This document shows, in pieces, positions 54,348-62,971 of a stretch of 64,000 nucleotides of DNA. Position numbers and translations under genes: made by a program. The DNA lies in the IMG/VR virus record IMGVR_UViG_3300032236_001129, positions 36,207 to 100,206 of that record. One strand, 5' to 3'. Position 1 is the stretch's first letter. Each line of letters starts with the position of its first letter. The notes beneath the pieces were generated by a model. It was not told where the DNA came from, searched no databases, and saw only the letters and a list, made by a program, of their open reading frames with translations. The stretch comes from a virus.

Positions 54348-55781
54348 TTATGCCTTATAACGAATAATAACTACTCCAGAGCCGCCATTGGCGCCCTTAG
54401 TAACTGGTGGGCTAACTCCATAAGACCCGCCGCCTCCACCACCTGTAGAAGCGGTACCAGCAATACCAGCACCGTTACCTCCACCATAACCAGCACCACC
54501 ACCGCCGTAGCCACCTTGTGAAGAAGCAACGTTAGAGGCACCGCCTCCGCCACCTGCAAAGTAGTAAGTTCCGCTTACATTTTGGCCTAAGCCAGTAGCA
54601 GCTCCCCATACAGTCCAAGTAGCAAGTCCGACGCCACCATCTCCACCCTTAGTATCTGTAGTAACACGACTTTGTCCAACTCCGCCTGCCCCACCACCAC
54701 CAGAGCCGTTACAGTTTGAAACTTGTGGTCCAATTGAGCCAGAAGCATTTCCGTAACCAGTTAAAGTTCCGTAAGAAGTCTGTGTTGCAGCAGCACCGCC
54801 AACTGTTCCGCCGTAACCTCCTGACATACAGCATCCGCCACCAGAACCACCTGTGTATCCAACATAGCCAAAACCGTTGTTGTTAGAAACACCTACGTCA
54901 AATCCAGCACCACCACCTCCACCAAGTGCTGTTGCGGTATTAAAGACTGAGTTACTTCCGCTGTTACCTGCTGAACCGTTTTGAAAGTTAGTTCCTGCTC
55001 CTCCAGCACCTACAGTTACTGTATATGAAGTTGTAGCACTTAACGCTGGAATAGTTCCTGCAAGAACACCTCCAGCACCGCCACCACCAGGCATAGGACC
55101 AGCATATGCAGATCCTCCTGCGCCACCACCAGCGACTACAAGAACATCTACGTTAGTAAGGTTAGAAGTAGGTACAAAAGAACCTGAAGAGATGAAAGAG
55201 TGATAAGTGTATGTGCCATCAAAAGCAATATTTCCACCAGATGCTCTAACAGAGTTTCCATAGGTCTTTACAAGGTTTTTAATTCCATAAACAGTAAAGG
55301 ATGAGTTTTGAAGAATAGTGTTTCCTGTATTAGATAAAAATGTAATAGAGGTAATAGGCGCAGTAGTAGTTGAAAGTCCTGATACCAAAGCAACATATCC
55401 TGCTCCGTTATTAGTAACTACAGAATCACCGTAAGCACTCTTTTGACCATATCCAGAATAGTTAGGTATATAAATCTCACCGCCACCAAAGCTATTAGCA
55501 ACAGATGCTGTATCTGTGCACCAGATAAGCTCTTGAATTGTAGCGCTTACGTAACCGGTAGTACTAGATCCGTTTCCGTACATACCTTTTTGAGAGTATC
55601 CAGTAGTAACTCCGTTATATTGAACCTGAAGAGTATCAGCACCAGCTGCTCGTCCAGTACGTGCGGTTACTTTTACAATTAAATCTGTGTATCCTTGAGG
55701 GATATTAGAGATAGTAACTGATGAGGTTCCACCAGAAGGCACCGTATAGGTTGCCAATTTTGTCATTGTCTCATTAGCCAT
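54348..55781 (-). CDS. Glycine-rich fibre/adhesin protein (cassette 1, gene C)
   Basis: Same two-domain architecture. Confidence 0.8.
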   Translation of the reverse strand: MANETMTKLATYTVPSGGTSSVTISNIPQGYTDLIVKVTARTGRAAGADTLQVQYNGVTTGYSQKGMYGNGSSTTGYVSATIQELIWCTDTASVANSFGGGEIYIPNYSGYGQKSAYGDSVVTNNGAGYVALVSGLSTTTAPITSITFLSNTGNTILQNSSFTVYGIKNLVKTYGNSVRASGGNIAFDGTYTYHSFISSGSFVPTSNLTNVDVLVVAGGGAGGSAYAGPMPGGGGAGGVLAGTIPALSATTSYTVTVGAGGAGTNFQNGSAGNSGSNSVFNTATALGGGGGAGFDVGVSNNNGFGYVGYTGGSGGGCCMSGGYGGTVGGAAATQTSYGTLTGYGNASGSIGPQVSNCNGSGGGGAGGVGQSRVTTDTKGGDGGVGLATWTVWGAATGLGQNVSGTYYFAGGGGGASNVASSQGGYGGGGAGYGGGNGAGIAGTASTGGGGGGSYGVSPPVTKGANGGSGVVIIRYKA

Positions 55782-57223
55782 TAGCGTGCGTACCTCACAA
55801 TCACAAGTCCAGATCCGCCCATCATTCCTCGGTTACCAGTATTACCACCATTAGTAGAGTATAGACCACCATCTACACCACCTCCACCACCACCGCCAGT
55901 GTTCATAGTTCCTGCATAAGGCGCAGATGAAACTCCTCCAGTAAGTACAGTTCCTCCACGTCCTCCGCCACCAAGGCCGCCAGCAGCAGTTGTAGTATCA
56001 CGAGAACCACCACCGCCACCTGCATAATAATAATGTCCACTAGAAAGTTGTCCAGTACCTGTAGCAGCTCCAATAACATCTAGTGCTGCAATAGTTGTAT
56101 AGGTTAGCCCTACACCACCAACACCACCAGCTGATTCAGTTGCAGAGCCACCAGCACCACCAGCGCCACCACCACCTGAAGAAGAGTAAGGTGACCCAGT
56201 ACCAGTTCTGGCACTGTTACCGCCAGCGTTTCCGTATCCTGTTGCTCCACCAGACGTTCCTTGGTTTGCTGCGCCTCCAACGTTTCCAGTGTTGTATCCA
56301 GCACCGCCACCAGAACCTCCGGAACTACCTGTCCCATTGTGTGACCCGTAACCTCCGCCATTAGCAGTGATTGTGTCAAATACAGAGTTACTTCCATTAA
56401 TACCAGAACTACCATCAGAATAACCACCAGGACCACCAGCACCTACAGTTACTGTGTACGTTGTAAATGCAGAAAGTGAGCGTCCGCTTTGCCAGCAAAG
56501 ACCACCAGCTCCACCACCACCACCAGCTGCGGAAGCACCTCCACCGCCACCTCCGATTACAAGTACATCCGCAGTAATTGCTCTGTTAGTTGTAAGAGTT
56601 CCGGTACCGTTAAATACGTGATAAACATAGCTAGCGTCATATGAAACAAATGTTCCCCCAGATGCCGCAGTATTTTTTGCGTTAACTGAACCAATACCAT
56701 AAAGAGAAAATGTAGTTCCTACACCAAAGTTAATAGACCCACTTGTTGTGGTCACTGTAACAGAAGTAATTGGGGCAGTAGAGGAGCCACCTGTACCTCT
56801 CCATAATCCAGCACAAAGGTTTGCACCTGGAAGGTTAGTAGAGTAGCTGTCATTAGTATTTGAACGAGCTAACACAGTTTTATACAAAGCACTGCTGCTA
56901 TAACTCATGATGTTTACTACAGCGTGATTTGCACCAAAAGTTGTTCCCCAAGAAGCGTCTGTGTATCCAATTGCAAGGTAAGAAAAATTACTACCACGTT
57001 CACCAATTGGAGTAGAAGTACTGCTAGTAGCAAGGTTTGTCCAAGAATAATTAGTTCCTGTATCACCATTAAAACGAAGAGCTGGAGTCCAGTTTGCTGT
57101 TGCAACAGCGCCATGCATTACTATTTGCAAATCAGTATATGACTGATCAATATTGCTAAATGTAACGCTTGTAGTTGTTGCGTTAGTTACAGTAAGTGTT
57201 TGTAGGGGTACAAGTGTGGCCAT
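55781..57223 (-). CDS. Glycine-rich fibre/adhesin protein (cassette 1, gene B)
   Basis: Same two-domain architecture. Confidence 0.8.
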   Translation of the reverse strand: MATLVPLQTLTVTNATTTSVTFSNIDQSYTDLQIVMHGAVATANWTPALRFNGDTGTNYSWTNLATSSTSTPIGERGSNFSYLAIGYTDASWGTTFGANHAVVNIMSYSSSALYKTVLARSNTNDSYSTNLPGANLCAGLWRGTGGSSTAPITSVTVTTTSGSINFGVGTTFSLYGIGSVNAKNTAASGGTFVSYDASYVYHVFNGTGTLTTNRAITADVLVIGGGGGGASAAGGGGGAGGLCWQSGRSLSAFTTYTVTVGAGGPGGYSDGSSGINGSNSVFDTITANGGGYGSHNGTGSSGGSGGGAGYNTGNVGGAANQGTSGGATGYGNAGGNSARTGTGSPYSSSGGGGAGGAGGSATESAGGVGGVGLTYTTIAALDVIGAATGTGQLSSGHYYYAGGGGGSRDTTTAAGGLGGGGRGGTVLTGGVSSAPYAGTMNTGGGGGGGVDGGLYSTNGGNTGNRGMMGGSGLVIVRYAR

Positions 57224-57804
57224 TATTTAATCCCGTATAGTGTAAAAGTAGATCCTGCTTGCCAATAGTCACTACCATTACCAATATAAAGGTTAATAGT
57301 AGTAATTGCATTTGTGCTGTTGTATACCCCGCCCCATAATGCTACTTCATCAGTAGAACCATTAGTATTAGAGCCACTATATGACCGATAAATTTTACTT
57401 TTAGCAGTGCTTGTATAATCGTAGATATCAATGATACTTGCTGCTGGATATGTAGTGCTTGGGTTGTATGACCACATTGGTGTTGCGCTACTAGCACCTT
57501 GATAGTTAGATGCAGAAGCAGTACCGGTACTCCAAAAATGTTGGCTTGTATAACTTCCTGTGCTGTCATTATTAAAGTTAATTGACGGGTTTGTTGCGAC
57601 ATTGGCCATTGTTACAGCACGGAGTTGTAAATGTGTATAAGTTTGTGGTATGCCCGTAAAGTTTACGTACCAGTTATTAGATGCTGTAATAACTACAGAG
57701 CTAATTGCTTCCATAGCAGGAATGGAAGTAAGCTGGTCCCAAACAGTTTGCTGCTTGGGAAAACCAGCCTGAATGCTTTGTTTAGATAGACGACTAACTG
57801 ACAT
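57223..57804 (-). CDS. Fibre-associated protein, shared domain only (cassette 1, gene A)
   Basis: MSVSR...VWDQ then FTGIPQTYTHLQLR...GSTFTLYGIK. Confidence 0.75.
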   Translation of the reverse strand: MSVSRLSKQSIQAGFPKQQTVWDQLTSIPAMEAISSVVITASNNWYVNFTGIPQTYTHLQLRAVTMANVATNPSINFNNDSTGSYTSQHFWSTGTASASNYQGASSATPMWSYNPSTTYPAASIIDIYDYTSTAKSKIYRSYSGSNTNGSTDEVALWGGVYNSTNAITTINLYIGNGSDYWQAGSTFTLYGIK

Positions 57805-57819
57805 AAGTCAGTCCCCCCT

Positions 57820-58191
57820 TTACGAGTTCTCAGCGCCGAATGCAGCGAATGAAAGTGTTGTAGCTGATGCGTTAATTGTAACGATATCGGTTGTTGCTAG
57901 GGTAATTCCAAGTGTTAGGGCGATTGTATCGTTAGCCGCAATTGGGGTTCCATAAGCAATATAGTGACGACTATCAGCTGTTGCACCTGCTGGGCGCACC
58001 AAGATATTAAAGGTAGCGGCAGTTGAAGCCTGGTTACAAATAGTAATTGTCGATACTACAGCAGAAAGGGTTCCTGATCCAGGTACTGTGTAGAGGTTAT
58101 AGTTAGTATTAGCTGCTGAAAGCTGTTGGGCTCCGTTACCGGTAGCACCTGCTGCTCCAGTCATTCCTAAGACTTTATATGCTGTTGCCAT
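57820..58191 (-). CDS. Small beta-rich virion adaptor protein
   Basis: MATAYKVLG...LYTVP...VSTITICN...SFAAFGAE. Confidence 0.65.
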   Translation of the reverse strand: MATAYKVLGMTGAAGATGNGAQQLSAANTNYNLYTVPGSGTLSAVVSTITICNQASTAATFNILVRPAGATADSRHYIAYGTPIAANDTIALTLGITLATTDIVTINASATTLSFAAFGAENS

Positions 58192-58237
58192 TCTTGGCCT
58201 TTCTTACGTGGTGGTAGGGTTTTAGTATAACAGAGGG

Positions 58238-58909
58238 TTAAGCACCCATGAGCATAAATACAGTGGGGGTAGCATCTGCAGCAGCAGAAGCCCACTGTAC
58301 GCCGGTTCCTGTAGAGGTCAATACCTGTCCTGAGGTACCTGCGGAGCTGTTAGCAGTCAGCGTTCCTGCCAAAGTTAGGTTAGTTGCTGTAGCTCCAGAA
58401 AAAGATGCTCCAGTGCTAAGTACCAAAGATCCGGTACCAGTAATAGTAGTAGCGCCGGTATAGTCTGCATCCCACGAAGCTGCGGTAGTACCACTATTAA
58501 GAATACAAGTAATCTGTACTGTGGTATTTGCCGGGATGCTTACTACTAGGTTACCTCCAGAGGAGTTAAATGTAAGAGTTCCTGTACTATTATTATTGAT
58601 GTAGAAAGATCCACCCAAGGTCATAGTACTTGCTACTGGCAAGACCACTGTCTGGTTAGCGCTTCCTGTAAAGAACTGAGCGTAAGCGCTGGATACTGTA
58701 AGAGTAGTTGTACCGCCTGCTGTAGCTGTAGTGGCATATCCAGCAGCACCGCTTGTTGTATACCCTAGGGATGTCCAGGCAGTAGTTCCATCACCAATCT
58801 TAATCTTAAGAGTATCGGTTTCAAAACCAATTTCTCCTGCAGATAGGGTTGGGTTAGCTGATGTCCACGCTGAGGCTGTACCACGGCGTACTTGAATCTT
58901 AACTGTCAT
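58238..58909 (-). CDS. Fibre protein with an Mtd-N/hyaluronidase-N-like domain
   Basis: IQVRRGTASAWTSANPTL..GEIGFETDT.K.KIGDG...W. Confidence 0.8.
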   Translation of the reverse strand: MTVKIQVRRGTASAWTSANPTLSAGEIGFETDTLKIKIGDGTTAWTSLGYTTSGAAGYATTATAGGTTTLTVSSAYAQFFTGSANQTVVLPVASTMTLGGSFYINNNSTGTLTFNSSGGNLVVSIPANTTVQITCILNSGTTAASWDADYTGATTITGTGSLVLSTGASFSGATATNLTLAGTLTANSSAGTSGQVLTSTGTGVQWASAAADATPTVFMLMGA

Positions 58910-59184
58910 GGTGTCCCCAAATCAAGCGTGTCTGTCATGTACTTTGTAATATCTGCATCAAAAATTGTGTCATCTGCAGGCCCTCCACCATCAAATGGTG
59001 AATAAGATGCAATACTTGCACCGTCAGCAGAACCACCAGATCCCACCGCAGTCCAAACAGAACCTGTCCAAACATACACCGTGTTATTAGACGTATTAAG
59101 GTACAAGTCCCCAAGTTTAGATGTTGTTGGGGCAGAAGCAACCGCCAATAGGTTTAACGGTACTAAACGTGTTGTTACTGCCAC
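58906..59184 (-). CDS. Small fibre-associated protein
   Basis: GDLYLNT....YVWTG..W. Confidence 0.65.
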   Translation of the reverse strand: MAVTTRLVPLNLLAVASAPTTSKLGDLYLNTSNNTVYVWTGSVWTAVGSGGSADGASIASYSPFDGGGPADDTIFDADITKYMTDTLDLGTP

Positions 59185-59196
59185 TGCCTACTCCTA

Positions 59197-60900
59197 CTAT
59201 CCTACGACTACGACTGTGTATGCTCCAGAAGAAACTGTTGAGGAAGATACCCAGCTAAGTGTAACAGTATTTGTATCTGTGCGTGTCACGTCAACTTCTA
59301 CAGGGGTATAGGTTGAAGAATCGTATACCTGTACGACCACTGCACGACTACCCAAGTTGTGCGTAATTGTCCAGGTTACAGAGCCACCAGATGGGCTTAA
59401 AGAGCCATTTGTAGTTGTGTACTTTTGTGGAAGTGGTGAGCCACTGTCTGAAAGGTTAGTGCGGGCACCTGATGCAGTTGTAGCACCGGTTCCACCATTG
59501 GTCACTGCTACAGAGCCTGTAAGTCCGATGGTTACTGTTCCACCCAAAGCCACTGGGCTACCAGAGACTGAGATGTTAGTACCAGCAGAAACAGTGATAG
59601 ATGAGTTAGCAAGCTGGGTATTTGAAATACCGCCTGCCTTTACATCCACTGCACCAGAGGTTACAGAGAAAGTAGAGCTAGAGAATGATGCAACACCCTT
59701 TGTAGAAGTTGTTGCGTCAGAGTGAGATGTAGTTGCTACCCCAGTTACACGACCATATGAATCAACAGATACTGCGCTAACAAAGCTGTTAGTGGCAGAA
59801 GGTGTTGTATTGGTTTGTGATACTGTAGCAAGATCAATATTATCTGCGTTAACTACGATGCGGCTTGAAGAAGCTGTAATAACGTCGATTGTGTTACCAG
59901 TCTTTGTAAGACCAGCACCTGCAATAAATGAACCAGCAGATGAGAAGAGTACCCATGTAAGGGCTGTTCCTGAAGAACCACCAATTGTGATTGGGTCGTT
60001 TGTTGTAAGAACCCAAGCTGTATCAGCCTGTGTGCTTCCTTCAGTTACCCAGACATATGCGCCTGCTGTAACTTCAGCATCAGCATCAAAGTCAGAGGCA
60101 CGATCCCAAACACCGTTTGCGCCACTGCCTACAGTGGTAACAACCCAGATACCATTTTGAGCACCAGATGATTGATCCTTAAGAAGGATACGATCACCGG
60201 ATGCAAGGTTGGTACCATCTAATGTGTTAGGTGCGCCTGTAATTTGGCCACGAGTAGAGGTTCCACCAGTAGCTGTGTATGTGATGCTAGATAGGTTTGC
60301 AGTAGAAGCAAAACGAACGCTCTGCTTTGCATCAAGGCCAGTACGAGAAGCGTCTACATAAGCTTTGGTTGCAGCATCTTGTGCGTTGACTGGATCTGCA
60401 AGTCCTGTAATATTTTGTGAGTTAAACGCAACGCTAGCTGTAGGAGCAGCAAGAGCGCTGATGTGAATACCTGAGTGATCGGTATCTGTGTGGCGGTGTA
60501 CGTGATCTGCACGAGCAACCTTGATGCTAGATCCACCAGCATTAGCTGATCCAAGGTTTGCGATATCAGAATCGCCACCACGTGGGTCTGATGTTACCCA
60601 ATCAGCTGAAGAAGATGTTCCCTTAGAAACATAAAGAATTAAATTAGTTGTATCAAAGTATGTTGATCCAACAGAGCTAGGGGTTGTCGCTGGTGCGCCA
60701 GAGCCACTCAGTGATCCACCTACGTATGCCCACGAAGTACCATCATAGATCTTCAGTACGTGAAGGGTCGTATCAAATACGATTTGACCGGCCACTGGTG
60801 AAGAGATCGCATTGATCGATGTAGTGGAAAGGTTTTGAATACGGGCATTCTGAAGCTCGAGTTGACTGAGGTCAATCGGGGTTAGAAATTTACGTGCCAT
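59197..60900 (-). CDS. Head/neck fibre protein
   Basis: DAATKAYVD, GDRILLKDQ...NGIW, ARADHVH, GGTGATTA..ARTNL, ITHNLG. Confidence 0.75.
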   Translation of the reverse strand: MARKFLTPIDLSQLELQNARIQNLSTTSINAISSPVAGQIVFDTTLHVLKIYDGTSWAYVGGSLSGSGAPATTPSSVGSTYFDTTNLILYVSKGTSSSADWVTSDPRGGDSDIANLGSANAGGSSIKVARADHVHRHTDTDHSGIHISALAAPTASVAFNSQNITGLADPVNAQDAATKAYVDASRTGLDAKQSVRFASTANLSSITYTATGGTSTRGQITGAPNTLDGTNLASGDRILLKDQSSGAQNGIWVVTTVGSGANGVWDRASDFDADAEVTAGAYVWVTEGSTQADTAWVLTTNDPITIGGSSGTALTWVLFSSAGSFIAGAGLTKTGNTIDVITASSSRIVVNADNIDLATVSQTNTTPSATNSFVSAVSVDSYGRVTGVATTSHSDATTSTKGVASFSSSTFSVTSGAVDVKAGGISNTQLANSSITVSAGTNISVSGSPVALGGTVTIGLTGSVAVTNGGTGATTASGARTNLSDSGSPLPQKYTTTNGSLSPSGGSVTWTITHNLGSRAVVVQVYDSSTYTPVEVDVTRTDTNTVTLSWVSSSTVSSGAYTVVVVG

Positions 60901-60910
60901 TAATTAACTC

Positions 60911-61303
60911 CTAAGATAAGTAGGCGTGACCTGAAAAAGCTGAGCTGAATGTTAACGTAAGGTTGTTCGTGTCTGTGTACCTAATCTCACCTTCGACAAT
61001 AGTACCAGCCGAATCTTGAACTGTCACGTTTGGCATGAAACCTAAATTATGATTAATAATCCAAGGATTATCAGGCATGCTTTGGGTCCAAGTGTAGGCC
61101 ACTGTTGGGCTAAATCCTGGGTCTCCCTTATCACCCTTTTCTCCCTTAGGTCCTTGTGGGCCAACAGAAGCGATGTTAGTGATATTAGGGCCTGGAGCTA
61201 CATAGGTAGGTTCCTGGGTAAGATCGATTACTACAGGGGTTTGTGGAACAATCTCAATAACCTGGGTGCAGGCTGTGCAAGTACAGTCTACGGAATGCGT
61301 CAT
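60911..61303 (-). CDS. Short collagen-repeat virion protein
   Basis: GPQGPKGEKGDKGDPG then W.INHNLG..PNV. Confidence 0.7.
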   Translation of the reverse strand: MTHSVDCTCTACTQVIEIVPQTPVVIDLTQEPTYVAPGPNITNIASVGPQGPKGEKGDKGDPGFSPTVAYTWTQSMPDNPWIINHNLGFMPNVTVQDSAGTIVEGEIRYTDTNNLTLTFSSAFSGHAYLS

Positions 61304-62406
61304 TATTGTGGTCCTAGTGGGATACTAACTTGTGCTCGGGTGAATACCTTACCTGTAAGGTAGGTCTTTGTTTTGCCACTGCTATCTGTCATTTGCAGAT
61401 CGTAGTATGAAACATTTGGAAGGTCTCTTGTGATAGACCCAATAAGGGCTAGGTTTAGAGTATCCAAAGTACCGGCTGGCAAAGATGAGTTGGTATCTGA
61501 AGCTTCCTTTGTAATAGTAAAGGTAGCGATGATTGCAGGGCCTACACGTCCACCAGGAATGTCTGGATAGAGGCGTACCTGTGCAAGAGGTGAGAAGTCA
61601 GCGAGATCCATAGAGAAGCGTACCTTCTCAGCGAAGTCATCTCCAGCATAGAGAGATAGGTCTCGTGTTGGTACTGGAGAAGCTGGGGTAATATCTCCGT
61701 AGTTTGGAATAGGTAGGATAACTCGCTGTGGCAATGAACCGTCATCCACTTCTTGTGGGCGGTAGATTGGGATATAGCGGTTTGTAAGGCGGCTGACACG
61801 ACGTAGTGTGTAGACCTCCATGCGGTAAAGTCCCACACCCAACATTGAACATAGTTCACGGTATTGAGCTTGACGGGTCTGTACCATCTCCATAAGCTGG
61901 CGATAGCGCTCTGAACGTGGGATAGAGACGCCATCTGGTGAGATGATGTCGATATCGAATGCAGAGTCTGTAGCCAAGGTATAGAGGGCTAGGGTTGAAG
62001 CAAGAATGATAAGCGGATACTCATCAACCAATGGGAGAGTATTCATATTTACAGAGCTGCCGTTTACATCTGTAGTGGTACGAGCATGCTCTGCAAAGGC
62101 AGTATTAATATAATAGTTAATGTCGCTATCTGTAAAGTAGCGGTAGAAGGTTCCGGAAGCTGTGATAACGGTTCCGGTAGCTGGAGGGGTATCAAAGATA
62201 ATAGATCCAAAGCCCTCTTCAACTGTAATGTGGTTAGAGACGTTTACCCCGTCCACTGTCACCAAAAGGGTTGAGCCCTGTACTGGAGCCTCAGTCATGT
62301 GGAAGATATTAGCTATTCCATCGCCTGTGAAAGACTCTACAAAGGACCGACCCATATCGCCAATTTCAGCACGAAGTCTAATGCCCAGTGAGGCTACTGT
62401 TGCCAT
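61303..62406 (-). CDS. Putative head-tail adaptor protein
   Basis: LRAEIGD...YFTDSDI...DGVSIPRSERY; downstream of the capsid genes. Confidence 0.6.
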   Translation of the reverse strand: MATVASLGIRLRAEIGDMGRSFVESFTGDGIANIFHMTEAPVQGSTLLVTVDGVNVSNHITVEEGFGSIIFDTPPATGTVITASGTFYRYFTDSDINYYINTAFAEHARTTTDVNGSSVNMNTLPLVDEYPLIILASTLALYTLATDSAFDIDIISPDGVSIPRSERYRQLMEMVQTRQAQYRELCSMLGVGLYRMEVYTLRRVSRLTNRYIPIYRPQEVDDGSLPQRVILPIPNYGDITPASPVPTRDLSLYAGDDFAEKVRFSMDLADFSPLAQVRLYPDIPGGRVGPAIIATFTITKEASDTNSSLPAGTLDTLNLALIGSITRDLPNVSYYDLQMTDSSGKTKTYLTGKVFTRAQVSIPLGPQ

Positions 62407-62479
62407 GGATCCTCCATATAAGGTTGCTTGTGCATATCATCTAATATTTACGTTAAATAATCCGCCTAAACGTTAAAGA

Positions 62480-62515
62480 CCCCCCACAGACAGGAGGGCG
62501 GTTGTCTGTGAGGGG
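62480..62515 (-). promoter_or_regulatory. 13-bp hairpin with a C-rich (anti-SD-like) loop; may also terminate transcription
   Basis: CCCCUCACAGACA-ACCGCCCUCC-UGUCUGUGGGGGG then UCUUU. Confidence 0.55.
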
Positions 62516-62543
62516 CGGAAAGAGAGTCTTTAAAAAAGCTCTC

Positions 62544-62909
62544 TTACAATCGATCGTATAGATAACCCTTTTCTTGAAGGTGGTTAGCTACATGCTTTGT
62601 GACCTTGTACTTCTTGCCGGCTTCAAAGGAGTAATTATTTCCTGAGCCGATGGTCATCATATCAATATTCTCTGCGACACGTACTACGACCATATCATCT
62701 GCGAGAGAAACTCCCACTGATTCTACTTCGTCAATGATTGTAGGTGCGGCTGGGACAGTCATGTCCACAATCTCTGTGGCGTCCTTGACCTCTTTTACGG
62801 CTGTTGCCATAGACATTTCATTTGCACGAGCTGCTTGCTGCTCTGCTACTGCCTTAAGTTGTTCTTCACGCTTACGTCCTGTGACGTCTGTAACTTTTGC
62901 TTTTGACAC
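62544..62909 (-). CDS. Hypothetical capsid-associated protein
   Basis: 121 aa, directly after the capsid gene; AAGGAG SD. Confidence 0.7.
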   Translation of the reverse strand: MSKAKVTDVTGRKREEQLKAVAEQQAARANEMSMATAVKEVKDATEIVDMTVPAAPTIIDEVESVGVSLADDMVVVRVAENIDMMTIGSGNNYSFEAGKKYKVTKHVANHLQEKGYLYDRL

Positions 62910-62939
62910 GATTTGTGTTCTCCTTGTAGTTTTTAGGGT

Positions 62940-62963
62940 GGGGGCCCGGTTTCCCGAGCCCCC
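62940..62963 (-). other. GNRA-capped hairpin after the capsid gene (mRNA stabiliser or weak terminator)
   Basis: GGGGGCUCGG-GAAA-CCGGGCCCCC with no U tract. Confidence 0.6.
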
Positions 62964-62971
62964 GGGTTAAA

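Noticed and set aside
50238-58909. Diversity-generating retroelement acting on the fibre genes (an Mtd-N-like domain is present)
   Set aside because: No reverse transcriptase in the window and no near-identical template/variable repeat pair differing at adenines was seen; paralogue similarity is diffuse.
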